Source: Bacteroidota bacterium
GTDB lineage: Bacteria > Bacteroidota > Ignavibacteria > UBA10030 > UBA6906
Assembly (NCBI GenBank): GCA_036397975.1
Contig: DASWHW010000009.1
Location: 204-64,203, forward strand
Direction: 5' to 3'
DNA: 64,000 bases
The translations under genes were made by a program, and so were the position numbers. Each line of letters begins with the position of its first letter. The first letter of the stretch is position 1. The notes beneath the pieces are model-generated. The model was given only the letters and a program-made list of their open reading frames with translations. It did not search any database and had not been told where the DNA came from. Of this stretch, positions 29,675 through 39,395 are shown one piece after another.

Positions 29675-30598
29675 ATGAAGAAGAGAACCTTTTCCGTGCT
29701 GATCCTGCCAAGTCTCTTGGCTTTGGCGTTCCTGATTTCCAGTTGCGATAATTCAACCACTGAACCGACGCAAACAACAGCAGTCCGTCCAGCTTCAAAT
29801 TTTAGAGCTTACTCCGCATCTTCGACATCTATCGGATTGAAATGGAGTGCCTCTCTTGACGAAAACAGCAGTGCGGTTGCAGATCCAGCGTATCGAATCA
29901 GTATCCGCGATTCTGTTGGAACGTCGCTTGAGATTCAAGCGGCAAAAGGGCGAGACTCCGCAGTTGTGACCGGTCTGGTAGAAGGTCGGGTATATACCTT
30001 TACACTCAAGGTAAATCCAGGAACGAACGCCACTTCGACGGACTCGGTCATGGTACGCTGGGCGCCTGCGAGCCGCTTCAATACATCGGGGGGCGCACCA
30101 ATTGATGTATTCGAAACAGCGAGTGCCACTTTTCCAAGCGGACTGGATATCTTCAGCTCAACTGCCGGCGGACCCAATACTCTTTCACTCACGAGCGGAT
30201 CAAACAGCCTGATTGACCTCTTTGTCTTCACTTCAGGAACAGATCTTCTTATTCGAAGTGCTTCTCTTTCTACGGTTATTGCCACCCCGAAGACAACATT
30301 TTTTTCAACTGTTACTACAGATGCGGACAATCTTGATGACCCTCAGGTTGCTCCTCCTGCTGCCTCGACATACAGCACGCTAGAGGTTAACGCGTTCTCA
30401 ACGACTGGTGCACTGGGAAAGATCTTTTACGGTCGGACGCAGGAGAATAATTATTTTAGAATTCTCGCGACTCGGAACGGTTCTTCTTTGATATTTGGAA
30501 TCTCACCAGACCGCTCTCTACGATTTCGTATCTCGTATCAGAGCGTGACAGGAGTGCCTTTTGCGAAGCCGATCAATCCTGAACCCCCATTGAGGTAG
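29675..30598 (+). CDS. uncharacterised lipoprotein with N-terminal fibronectin-III-like domain
   Basis: 307 aa. Signal plus lipobox (LAFLISSC). FN3-like segment (SSTSIGLKWSAS...YRISIRD...GRVYTFTLKV). Ser/Thr-rich C-terminal domain. Confidence 0.5.
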   Translation: MKKRTFSVLILPSLLALAFLISSCDNSTTEPTQTTAVRPASNFRAYSASSTSIGLKWSASLDENSSAVADPAYRISIRDSVGTSLEIQAAKGRDSAVVTGLVEGRVYTFTLKVNPGTNATSTDSVMVRWAPASRFNTSGGAPIDVFETASATFPSGLDIFSSTAGGPNTLSLTSGSNSLIDLFVFTSGTDLLIRSASLSTVIATPKTTFFSTVTTDADNLDDPQVAPPAASTYSTLEVNAFSTTGALGKIFYGRTQENNYFRILATRNGSSLIFGISPDRSLRFRISYQSVTGVPFAKPINPEPPLR

Positions 30599-30602
30599 TG
30601 GA

Positions 30603-30971
30603 ATGAAAACGATATTCCTTATTATTGTGAGTGCAGGGATCTTCACCCTCACAAGTTCAGCTCAGACCAAAAACGCCACCATCATTGGTGAAGTGATTGA
30701 TGTTGTGTCGTACATGACGAGCGGTGCGAAGGCTAACTCGCCAGATGGAATGGAGATTCTTAGGGCCAGTGCCGCCGGTGGAAATCCCCTTGGGATTCTT
30801 GAAGCGAAGACTGGAAAAATTTATCTGGTGACCATGAGACAGGCCAACACTCCTGCCAAAGAAACGTTGCTGCAGTATCTCGGGCAGAGAATCGCTGCGA
30901 AGGGGGATGTATACAAGAAGGGTGGAAGCAGTGTTTTGGTTCTGACGGTCATTGGCAAGTCAATTAAGTAA
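30603..30971 (+). CDS. small secreted protein, paralog A of a tandem pair (unknown family)
   Basis: 122 aa with a signal peptide (cleavage near SSAQT). About 100-aa domain carrying GGNPLGIL, AAKGDVYKKGG and VIGKSIK motifs. The stop overlaps the next start (TAATG). Confidence 0.5.
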   Translation: MKTIFLIIVSAGIFTLTSSAQTKNATIIGEVIDVVSYMTSGAKANSPDGMEILRASAAGGNPLGILEAKTGKIYLVTMRQANTPAKETLLQYLGQRIAAKGDVYKKGGSSVLVLTVIGKSIK

Positions 30972-31525
30972 TGGAGACTCACATGAAACTGAGGACACTG
31001 GCAGGTATTTTTCTCGGTCTCTCTCTTGTCTACGGTTGCGGCGAGGGGAAGAAGGAAGAGCCGCCAAAAGAGAACACCGAAATAGAGCTCAAGGAGACTG
31101 AACCAACGAGTCCACGAAAGGAAGAACCGGTACTCCCTGAGACACTGGCTACCACGCAAGAGGAAATGGCGCCTGCGAATGAGCCTGCAAAGCCTACATC
31201 CAAAGCGAAGCCGGCGAAGGAAAAGGGTGCAACGGTGATTGGTGAAGTAGTGGATCTTGTAAGCTATGCCACTTCGGGCGTTACCGCAAAGACAGCCGAA
31301 GGGAAGGAAATCATGATGGCGAGCATTCAAGGGGGGAACCCGCTCGGTATTTTGGAGCGAGGAACTGGTGAAGTCTATATTGTTACGATGAAGCAAGCCA
31401 GTACTTCTGCCAATGCGACCCTTCAACAATACATCGGCATAGACATCGCGGCAAAGGGTGATGTTTATCGAAAAGGGGGACAGCAACTCCTTGTGTTGTC
31501 TGTTATCGGGAAGAGTATCAAATAG
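30971..31525 (+). CDS. small lipoprotein, paralog B of the tandem pair (same ~100-aa domain preceded by a Glu/Lys/Pro-rich linker)
   Basis: 184 aa. Lipobox LVYGC, then a disordered KKEEPPKENTEIELKETEPTSPRKEEP... linker. The C-terminal domain aligns with paralog A across its full length (ATVIGEVVDLVSY...GGNPLGILE...AAKGDVYRKGG...VIGKSIK). Confidence 0.5.
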   Translation: METHMKLRTLAGIFLGLSLVYGCGEGKKEEPPKENTEIELKETEPTSPRKEEPVLPETLATTQEEMAPANEPAKPTSKAKPAKEKGATVIGEVVDLVSYATSGVTAKTAEGKEIMMASIQGGNPLGILERGTGEVYIVTMKQASTSANATLQQYIGIDIAAKGDVYRKGGQQLLVLSVIGKSIK

Positions 31526-31622
31526 CGTTTCTGTTGGACGGACAATTTGTGACCATTGGGGTGGGGACGCTCAAAGCCCACCCCATTTTGTTATCTCGCC
31601 ACTTCGGGCCAAGGTGGATCCC

Positions 31623-32555
31623 ATGACGTTCAGTTTAATAATCTTCGATCGCCATAGCGATATCCGCGTTGTGTGGAAGGTGGTCCTTTTCCTCCTGTTA
31701 TCGTCCGGGATCTTCTTTGGCCTCGCGTCAGTGTTGATTTTCATTCATGTCGAAACACTGCTCGCGGTTTTTTCGCTTTTTGTTCTTGCCGTGGGGATAG
31801 CAACGTACGTTATGATCCGGTTCATTCATCGTAAGCCGTTCCGTGCTGTGGGGCTGTATCTTCAGCCAACAACCTTCAGAGAGTTCGGTGTTGGATGCCT
31901 CCTCGGGTTCCTCATGATGTTCGGAATCCTGATCATTCTTGTCTCCCTCGGTTATGCTCAGTTCTCAATGACTGCTTCTTCCCCGGGCAACGTGCTGCTG
32001 ACAATCTCCTCGGCTGTTGCCTTCTTCGCAATTGCCGCATTCGCTGAAGAACTTTTCTTTCGAGGTTACCTCTTCCAGGTCCTGACGCAAGGATTGACCC
32101 TCTTCCCCGCGACTATCATCATGGCAGTTGCATTCTCTTTTTCGCACGGAAGCAATCCTTCAGTGGACACTCTTGCGTTTGTGAATATCGCCCTCGCTGG
32201 ATTATGGCTTTCAATTGCCTACGTGAAGACACGAAGTCTGTGGCTTCCGTTTGGTCTTCATTTTTCGTGGAATTTTTCTCAGACGACATTGTTCGGATTC
32301 CCGACGAGCGGCATACAGTTCGCTGACTACAGAATAAATTCCTCTGTGGTCACAGGTCCGTCCTGGTTAACGGGAGGCGATTTCGGTCCGGAGGCAGGTG
32401 TTCTTGCAACGGTCGCCATTCTTCTTTGCACATGGTACATTCTGAAAGCGAAGTACCTGTCTACTCCGGTAGGGCTAATCACTCTCGACTCATTGGAGGA
32501 TATTCTGCCTCCTCAGAATGGAGATACTGACATTGTAAAGCAGGAGTCTGGGTGA
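31623..32555 (+). CDS. CPBP family intramembrane glutamic endopeptidase (CAAX protease / Abi-like)
   Basis: Multi-pass membrane protein with the EELFFRG motif, the FSxxH motif (FSFSHG) and a downstream His. The ORF track's upstream extension (31458) overlaps the previous gene, so the start is placed at 31623. Confidence 0.7.
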   Translation: MTFSLIIFDRHSDIRVVWKVVLFLLLSSGIFFGLASVLIFIHVETLLAVFSLFVLAVGIATYVMIRFIHRKPFRAVGLYLQPTTFREFGVGCLLGFLMMFGILIILVSLGYAQFSMTASSPGNVLLTISSAVAFFAIAAFAEELFFRGYLFQVLTQGLTLFPATIIMAVAFSFSHGSNPSVDTLAFVNIALAGLWLSIAYVKTRSLWLPFGLHFSWNFSQTTLFGFPTSGIQFADYRINSSVVTGPSWLTGGDFGPEAGVLATVAILLCTWYILKAKYLSTPVGLITLDSLEDILPPQNGDTDIVKQESG

Positions 32556-33694
32556 AAAGGGTCGCACTCTATGCGCTGCTATTGTGTCACCCAGCGCAAA
32601 CGGCCTTCGGAGAGGATTCTCTCTTTGTGGCAACTGCACAGCGCGGCATTGCAAAAGTTTACAATTTGGAATTTGAGAAGGCGGAAGAAGAATTCGTGAA
32701 GTTGACACAAATGCAACCCTCCCATCCCGCCGGATTGTTTTTCCTTGCGATGGTGGATTGGTGGCGCATCATGATTGACATCGTGAACGAAGAATACGAT
32801 GATCGTTTTGTTTCTGCGCTGAACAAAGTGATTGACCTCTGCGATGAACGTCTCGACAAGAACGAAAATGATGTGACGGCGTTATTTTTCAAAGGGGGGG
32901 CACTGGGGTTCAAGGGGCGGCTTCGCTTTCACCGGGATGATTGGTTTGCCGCAGCTGATGCCGGAAGGAAAGCACTGCCGATCGTTCAAGATGCCTCTGC
33001 TTCGGACCCGAACAACTTCGATATTTTTCTTGGCACCGGAATCTATAACTACTATGCAGCCGTCATACCTGAACTGTATCCAATGGCGAAACCGTTGCTC
33101 CTGTTTATTCCCCATGGAGATAAAGAAAAAGGGATTCGCCAACTCATGCTTGCTGCGGAAAAAGGAACCTACGGACGGGTAGAGTCGGCATATTTTCTTA
33201 TGCAACTCTACTACCAATATGAAAAGCGGTATAACGATGCACTCGCGATCGCGCAACAGTTGCATGAACAGTTTCCGAATAATATGCTCTTTCACAAATA
33301 CCTCGGCCGCTGCTACGTCGTACTAAGCAATTGGGATTCAGCCCGAGTCGTATTTGGGGAGGTTGTTGTACGGGGAGCAAAGGGCTTCCGAGGATATAAT
33401 GCATCGACTCTCCGCGAGGCGGAATATTATCTGGGGCTGGATAATTTACTAGGCGGACATTTTGAGGAAGCGGTGGGCCACTTCATTCGCTGTGATGATC
33501 TCAGTCGCAGGCTGGATGCGGATGGGCCTTCCGGGTTCATGGTGATGGCAAATCTCAAACTTGGAAACGCGTATGATGCTCAATCAAAGCGAGAACTTGC
33601 GATGCAGCAATATCATAAGGTCTTAGATATGAAAGAATACCAAAAGTCCCACGATCAGGCTGATCACTACCTCACCACCCCGTACTTCCAATAA
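32552..33694 (+). CDS. secreted TPR-like helical-repeat protein (hypothetical)
   Basis: 380 aa with a signal peptide. GTG start overlapping the CPBP stop (GTGA). Helical repeats with aromatic/Leu periodicity. Confidence 0.45.
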   Translation: MKRVALYALLLCHPAQTAFGEDSLFVATAQRGIAKVYNLEFEKAEEEFVKLTQMQPSHPAGLFFLAMVDWWRIMIDIVNEEYDDRFVSALNKVIDLCDERLDKNENDVTALFFKGGALGFKGRLRFHRDDWFAAADAGRKALPIVQDASASDPNNFDIFLGTGIYNYYAAVIPELYPMAKPLLLFIPHGDKEKGIRQLMLAAEKGTYGRVESAYFLMQLYYQYEKRYNDALAIAQQLHEQFPNNMLFHKYLGRCYVVLSNWDSARVVFGEVVVRGAKGFRGYNASTLREAEYYLGLDNLLGGHFEEAVGHFIRCDDLSRRLDADGPSGFMVMANLKLGNAYDAQSKRELAMQQYHKVLDMKEYQKSHDQADHYLTTPYFQ

Positions 33695-33696
33695 TC

Positions 33697-34461
33697 ATGT
33701 CCGTTCAATGGACCATAGTGGTGTTTGGTCTTGTTGCTGCCATCGCTGAGATTGCAGGGGGGAGTTTTGTTGTCCTGCGGAGGAATTGGCCTAAAAAGGT
33801 GCAGGAATACCTTCTTGCGCTTGGAGCTGGTTTTATCCTTGCCCTTGCTCTTCTTGAGTTGGTCCCGGAGAGCATTCGTGCCGTAGGAGCAGCGGCTCCG
33901 TTATACATGTTACTCGGTTACTCGATGCTGCATTTCTTTGAACATACGATTGTTGGACATCTTCACTTTGGCGAGGAAACTCACCGCGAAGTGATGGTCA
34001 CTTCCGCTGCAAGCACCGCTGCCTTCGGAGGTCTTTTCATCCATGCATTCTTCGACGGATTCGCAATTTCTGCCGGGATGTTGCAGGACAGTTATCTGGG
34101 ACTTCTGGTGTTCCTGGCGGTTCTCCTTCACAAAATTCCGGAAGGGGTGACCATTGCTTCCATCATGATTGCTGCAGAACTTCGGCGCAGGACGGCATTT
34201 CTTGCGTCAGCGGCAATCGGCTGCGCAACGATGCTGGGAGTGGTGAGTGTTTTCTTCCTGTCCGGCGTGGGCGAAGCACTCGTGGGAAAAGCATTTGCGC
34301 TCTCCGCCGGTATCGCCTTGTATGTGGGAGCGAGCGACTTGATTCCTGAAGTAAACCATTCTTCGAACAGGATAACTCCGGTCGTTGTGTTTCTCGGAAT
34401 GTTGCTCTTCTATCTCAGCACTCTCGCGTTCCATCAGATGGTCGGGACGACAAATCATTAA
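33697..34461 (+). CDS. ZIP family metal (zinc/iron) transporter, ZupT-like
   Basis: 254 aa. HEGVTIASIMIAAE-type motif (HKIPEGVTIAS) and HFFEHTIVGHLHFGEE His-rich loop. About 8 transmembrane segments. Confidence 0.8.
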   Translation: MSVQWTIVVFGLVAAIAEIAGGSFVVLRRNWPKKVQEYLLALGAGFILALALLELVPESIRAVGAAAPLYMLLGYSMLHFFEHTIVGHLHFGEETHREVMVTSAASTAAFGGLFIHAFFDGFAISAGMLQDSYLGLLVFLAVLLHKIPEGVTIASIMIAAELRRRTAFLASAAIGCATMLGVVSVFFLSGVGEALVGKAFALSAGIALYVGASDLIPEVNHSSNRITPVVVFLGMLLFYLSTLAFHQMVGTTNH

Positions 34462-34482
34462 TTTCCTCCAGCGCGGTAGTCG

Positions 34483-36489
34483 ATGCACATGATCCCATTT
34501 CTAAACGATTTTCTGGTCATTCTTTCCGCGGCGATTGTTGTCATCCTCGTTGCACATCGCATCCATGTTCCCGTTGTGGTCGGGTTTCTCCTGACGGGCT
34601 TGTTGATTGGTCCTCATTCTCTTGCACTTGTTCCCAACCAGGAACAGGTGGAAGTTCTCGCAGAAATCGGAGTGGTGATTCTGCTGTTTACCATTGGGCT
34701 GGAGTTTTCGCTCGAGCGACTAAATCAAATCAGAAGGACGTTCCTGCTAGGGGGTTCCCTCCAAGCACTCATTACTTCTCTTGCCGTGGTCGGCCTCAGT
34801 ACTTTGTTTGGGTTTTCATTGGGCGAGTCTATCTTCATCGGATTCCTCATTACGCTCAGCAGTACTGCAATTGTTCTGAAGCTCTACGATCAACGTCGTG
34901 AGATCGACGCGCCGCAAGGAAAGTTGGTCATCGGGATTCTTCTATTTCAGGACTTTCTGATTGTTCTCATGATTGTGCTGGTTCCTGTGCTTGCCGGGAC
35001 GGTAGAGGCCTCGATATCGTCAGTTCTACTTCGATTGGGGGAGGGCATCATCGTGGTAGGCGTTGTTTTTGTCGCGGCACGCTTTCTTATGCCGAAGGTC
35101 CTTCGAGCGATTGTCGCGCTCCGCATTCGTGAGGTATTTGTCCTCGGCGCCGTTGTTGCCTGTCTCGGATTCGCCTTTCTTACAGCGGCCATGGATTTTT
35201 CCCTCGCGCTTGGCGCCTTTTTGGCCGGCATCATCATTTCTGAATCGGAGTACAGTCATCAAGTTGTTGCAGAGATGATGCCGTTCAGGGACGTCTTCAA
35301 CAGCATCTTCTTCATTTCCATCGGGATGCTTCTCAATCTGCAATACGCCGCTGCGAATATGAGCATCGTCCTTCTTCTTGGTGTTGCGATCCTCTCCATC
35401 AAGGCTCTTGTAGTCCTCGCGATTGTGTTGATGATGAAATATCCGCTTCGCATCAGCGTACTTGTCGCAGTCAGCATTGCCCAGATCGGAGAGTTTTCTT
35501 TTGTATTGATGAAGGTAGGTCAAAGCAATGGACTTCTGTCCGATGGCTTGTACCAGTCCTTTCTTGCATCGTCAATCCTCACGATGATGGTTACACCATT
35601 TCTTATTCGATCCGGGCCAGCAATTGCTGGATACATTCTCAAAGTCATGCCGTGGAAGTCGCGGACGGAAACCGAGGGTGAGCTGACGCCGGAGGAGATA
35701 CGGAGAGATCACGTCATTATTGTCGGCTATGGTCTGAACGGCCGCAATCTCACGCGTGTCTTGAAAGAGACGGGCATTCAGTATGTCGTTATCGAGCTGA
35801 ATGGTGAAACCGTGAGGAAAGCAAGGCGTGTCGGACAGCCAATCTTCTATGGTGACGTTACAAGGAAAGATATCCTGAGGTTGTGTGCTATTGAGACTGC
35901 AAGCACGATCGTGTTTGCGATATCGGACCCGAAAGCGACTATGGACGGAGTTCGTCTTGCACGTTCGATGAATCCTTCGATACACATTATTGTCCGTACT
36001 CGGACCATAACGGAACTAGATGCACTATACAAAGCAGGCGCGAACGAGGTGATCCCTGAAGAATTCGAGACTTCAATTGAGATCTTCACAAGAGTCCTGT
36101 CCAGGTTTCATATTCCGAGAAACATTATCGCTGCCCAGGAGCGGTTCATTCGTGGGGAAGGGTATCGGGTTCTCCGAACGCCGGCGCGTCAGCAAGTGGT
36201 GTCTGAGAAAATGATGCATTGGCTGGCTGCAGGGACGACTGAAGTTTTTCTGGTGGAGGAGGGGGGAAAGGCAGCCGGCAAGACAGTCCTCGCCCTTGAC
36301 TTACATGGGAAAACGGGAGTGAATGTAATAGCAATTGTCCGCGGAGAGAAATCAACCACAAACCCTTCCCCTGATTTCAGAATAGAGCCGGGAGACGCGC
36401 TGGTACTTGTGGGGAATCATGCGGAAATCGAGCGGGCGTTTGTGCTGCTCGAGTTTGGCACGGAGGTCAGTAAAGGAATAGGGGACTAG
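34483..36489 (+). CDS. monovalent cation:proton antiporter-2 (CPA2) family K+ efflux protein with TrkA-N/TrkA-C (RCK) domains, KefB/KefC-like
   Basis: 668 aa. Na+/H+-exchanger membrane domain (GFLLTGLLIGP..) followed by the Rossmann motif IIVGYGLNGRNL of an RCK domain. Confidence 0.8.
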   Translation: MHMIPFLNDFLVILSAAIVVILVAHRIHVPVVVGFLLTGLLIGPHSLALVPNQEQVEVLAEIGVVILLFTIGLEFSLERLNQIRRTFLLGGSLQALITSLAVVGLSTLFGFSLGESIFIGFLITLSSTAIVLKLYDQRREIDAPQGKLVIGILLFQDFLIVLMIVLVPVLAGTVEASISSVLLRLGEGIIVVGVVFVAARFLMPKVLRAIVALRIREVFVLGAVVACLGFAFLTAAMDFSLALGAFLAGIIISESEYSHQVVAEMMPFRDVFNSIFFISIGMLLNLQYAAANMSIVLLLGVAILSIKALVVLAIVLMMKYPLRISVLVAVSIAQIGEFSFVLMKVGQSNGLLSDGLYQSFLASSILTMMVTPFLIRSGPAIAGYILKVMPWKSRTETEGELTPEEIRRDHVIIVGYGLNGRNLTRVLKETGIQYVVIELNGETVRKARRVGQPIFYGDVTRKDILRLCAIETASTIVFAISDPKATMDGVRLARSMNPSIHIIVRTRTITELDALYKAGANEVIPEEFETSIEIFTRVLSRFHIPRNIIAAQERFIRGEGYRVLRTPARQQVVSEKMMHWLAAGTTEVFLVEEGGKAAGKTVLALDLHGKTGVNVIAIVRGEKSTTNPSPDFRIEPGDALVLVGNHAEIERAFVLLEFGTEVSKGIGD

Positions 36490-37418
36490 AGGGATGCGCC
36501 GATTGAAATCCTATGAACACTCCCGGCTTTGCCGAGCGATGAGAGTGCATAGTCCAGTCGATATTCACTTATCGTGATACCGATTCCTCCGGCGAATCCC
36601 GCAAGCCCGGCTGACGTCCCTATTTTCAGATCGCGTCGCTGCTCGTTGTCATAACCGAAGCGAACCTGGAGAACTTTGCTGAGAGTAAATTCTCCGCCCA
36701 GCGAAAAGTCCCTGAAACGATCGCCGAACGTATCTCCTTCATTCAAGCGATTGAACGAAACATTGAGGAGCAGGGGAATTCCACGCGGGACAATGGATGC
36801 GCCAATCATCAGATCCAGAGGGAGGTCTTCCCTGGTAGTGGCGTAGGGATCGAGCTGGGCGCCGAGATTGCGAATACTTGCCCCCAGTGTTAGGCGACTC
36901 TCAGGAACGAGGTACATAACTCCGAGGTCGCCCGCGATGCCGGAGGAAGAGTAAGAGTCAATCGAAGAATAGATGAACTTCAGACTGACACCGTAATACA
37001 GATTCTGCTCCAGGATATTCGAATACCCGACCGACAGCGCAAGATCGCCGGCGTTGAATGAACCGAGGATCGTTCCAACATCGTCCGTTCTTGTGAATGA
37101 GCCGTAGTTTGTGTACACCACACCAGCCCCGAAGGTACCGAGATCGGAGAACTCCTGAGCATAGGAGACATAGCCCGTGTTGATGTCCAGAAGTTGTTTG
37201 AAAAATCCAATTGATCCCTTGGGACCTTGCACGGTGCTCAGCGCCGCAGTGTTATAAAAAAGGGAATTCGGATCGTCCGTGATAGCAAGGAACGAACCCG
37301 CGAGTGCAGCTGATCGAGCGCTAACGTCGTTGCGCAGAAAGCGATAGGTACTGCCGCTCCAGACTTCTCCCTGGAGGAGAATCAACAAACACAAAATAAC
37401 ACCGAAGGTTCGCAACAT
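36486..37418 (-). CDS. outer-membrane beta-barrel protein (PorQ/PorV/FadL-like family; T9SS-associated family possible)
   Basis: 310 aa with a signal peptide. N-terminal FLRNDVSARSAALAGSFLAITDDPNSLFYNTAAL motif. Alternating beta-strands. C-terminus ...ISIGASL. Confidence 0.5.
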   Translation of the reverse strand: MLRTFGVILCLLILLQGEVWSGSTYRFLRNDVSARSAALAGSFLAITDDPNSLFYNTAALSTVQGPKGSIGFFKQLLDINTGYVSYAQEFSDLGTFGAGVVYTNYGSFTRTDDVGTILGSFNAGDLALSVGYSNILEQNLYYGVSLKFIYSSIDSYSSSGIAGDLGVMYLVPESRLTLGASIRNLGAQLDPYATTREDLPLDLMIGASIVPRGIPLLLNVSFNRLNEGDTFGDRFRDFSLGGEFTLSKVLQVRFGYDNEQRRDLKIGTSAGLAGFAGGIGITISEYRLDYALSSLGKAGSVHRISIGASL

Positions 37419-37570
37419 CGTAGGTCTCCTCTTTCATTCATGGTCGGTAGGGTGGACTAATCTATGAAATCGACCCCGCAGTTTCAAGCGGTTGCTTCTC
37501 GAATGCAAAAGCAGTATATTGAGCCCACTTAAATTGATGTTTCGTGCAAGACGAAAGGATATGAGAAACA

Positions 37571-37789
37571 ATGAGAGCGGGAATTCATCCGGAATATAAG
37601 AAAGCAGTCGTTTCATGTGTTTGTGGCAACACGTTTGAAACCCGGTCCACAACCGGGGATTTGCGACTGGAAATCTGCTCCAATTGCCATCCGTTTTTTA
37701 CAGGGAAGCAGAAGCTTGTCGACTCTGCAGGCCGCGTAGAACGGTACAATAAGAAGTATGGGAAGAAAACAGAAGCGCCAACAGCGTAA
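37571..37789 (+). CDS. rpmE: 50S ribosomal protein L31
   Basis: 72 aa. [27 protein letters not shown]...[13 protein letters not shown]. Confidence 0.9.
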   Translation: MRAGIHPEYKKAVVSCVCGNTFETRSTTGDLRLEICSNCHPFFTGKQKLVDSAGRVERYNKKYGKKTEAPTA

Positions 37790-37809
37790 TTTGTTTCTTC
37801 GTATTTTCA

Positions 37810-37848
37810 GAACGTTCCGCCGCGTGCCGGTCGGAACGTTTTTTTGTT
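37810..37848 (+). terminator. rho-independent terminator after rpmE
   Basis: gaacgttccg...cggaacgtt followed by ttttttg. Confidence 0.6.
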
Positions 37849-37978
37849 TACACACATCGCGTCGAGACACTTCTTTGAGCAACGTTCGCACCTTTGTCCT
37901 CGCCTGACGCTTTTCCATAGTCTATTTGAGGAATGTGTCGTTGCCTGTGCGGTCAATCGACGCCTATCATGGCGGCGT

Positions 37979-39370
37979 ATGAGTGATATCAATCAGGGGT
38001 ATAAGGGTGAATTACTTGAGTTGCGCGAGCAACCAAGTCTCTACGATGGCGTCCGCGGCACTGCGGTGAGGATTCTCAATCGCGTTGAACGGACAGACTC
38101 GTACCTCGACAAGGTCCTCAACGTTGAAATGAAGTCAGCGAGTTTGAGTGATCAGGATAAAGGTCTTCTGAACGAACTGACCCATGGCGTTCTCCGCTGG
38201 CAAAACAAGCTCGATTGGGTTCTCAACGGCTTCTCCCACGGGAACTTCGCAAAGTCCGAAATCAACATTAAGAACGCGATGCGAGTCGGGTTGTACCAGA
38301 TCCTGTACTTGACTCGGATTCCACACGCAGCCGCGGTGAATGAAGCGGTTGAGTTTGTCAAACGGATTCGGGGAGATAAACCAGCCGGCTTGGTAAACGC
38401 TGTGTTGAGAAATATCCTTCGCAACCTCGAAGGAATCCGCTATCCCGATAAGGCTGGAGATTCGGTCCAATACCACGCAGTCGTGTATTCTCACCCCGCG
38501 TGGATGGTAAAAAGATGGCTGAACCGGTTTGGTGAGGAGGAGCTTGAAAAACTGTTGACTGTCAACAATGAACGTCCCTGTTTGCACCTCAGAATCAACC
38601 GGCTAAAGATCGAACCTGGTTATTTCTTGACTCTTTTAGAGAAGGAAGGGATCGAGTACAAAGGGTCGAGTCATATTGATTTTTTTGTGAGCGTCAAGGG
38701 CCTTTCGCGCATTGGTCAAATGGACTTATTTCGAAGCGGATACTTCACGATCCAGGATGAAAGCGCCGCGATTCCCTGTATTCTTCTTGCACCGAGCCCA
38801 GGCGACAAGGTGATCGATCTCTGCGCCGCGCCCGGCGGCAAAACAACAAGCATTGCCGAGTTAATGGGCAATGAAGGGACCGTGCTGGCAGTCGACAAGT
38901 ATGAGGTGAAATTGAAAATGATCCGGTCCGCTTGTGAACGACTTGGTATCCGCAACGTATCGCCCGTTGCTGCCGATGCCACGACGCTAGAAAGCGAACA
39001 GGCGGATAAGGTCATCCTGGACGTTCCCTGCTCAGGACTCGGAGTTCTTGCAAAAAAGCCTGATATCAAATGGAAAAGAGACGTTGGTGATATTCTCAAA
39101 CTCGCACAGGTGCAGGCGGACATGTTGGATAACGCAGCCCGTTTAGTGCGGGCTGGCGGAACACTGGTGTACAGTACGTGCACCACTGAAGCGGAAGAAA
39201 ACCAGGAACAAGTGGCGAAGTTCCTGACCCGGCACCCGGAATTCAGCGTCGATGATGCAAAGAAGTTTGTGAATTCCGATCTTGTAACACCTGAAGGATA
39301 CGTCGAAACGTTTCCGCACCGGCATGGGATGGATGGCTCATTCTGCGTCCGGATGCTGAGAACTCAGTAA
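37979..39370 (+). CDS. rsmB: 16S rRNA (cytosine-C5)-methyltransferase RsmB (Sun family)
   Basis: N-terminal NusB-like domain, then the SAM-MTase motifs DLCAAPGGKT and PCSGLGV. The ORF track's extension to 37844 is probably not translated; the Met at 37979 is the likely start. Confidence 0.8.
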   Translation: MSDINQGYKGELLELREQPSLYDGVRGTAVRILNRVERTDSYLDKVLNVEMKSASLSDQDKGLLNELTHGVLRWQNKLDWVLNGFSHGNFAKSEINIKNAMRVGLYQILYLTRIPHAAAVNEAVEFVKRIRGDKPAGLVNAVLRNILRNLEGIRYPDKAGDSVQYHAVVYSHPAWMVKRWLNRFGEEELEKLLTVNNERPCLHLRINRLKIEPGYFLTLLEKEGIEYKGSSHIDFFVSVKGLSRIGQMDLFRSGYFTIQDESAAIPCILLAPSPGDKVIDLCAAPGGKTTSIAELMGNEGTVLAVDKYEVKLKMIRSACERLGIRNVSPVAADATTLESEQADKVILDVPCSGLGVLAKKPDIKWKRDVGDILKLAQVQADMLDNAARLVRAGGTLVYSTCTTEAEENQEQVAKFLTRHPEFSVDDAKKFVNSDLVTPEGYVETFPHRHGMDGSFCVRMLRTQ

Positions 39371-39395
39371 GGCTTTAATTAATCACGAGGATTCT

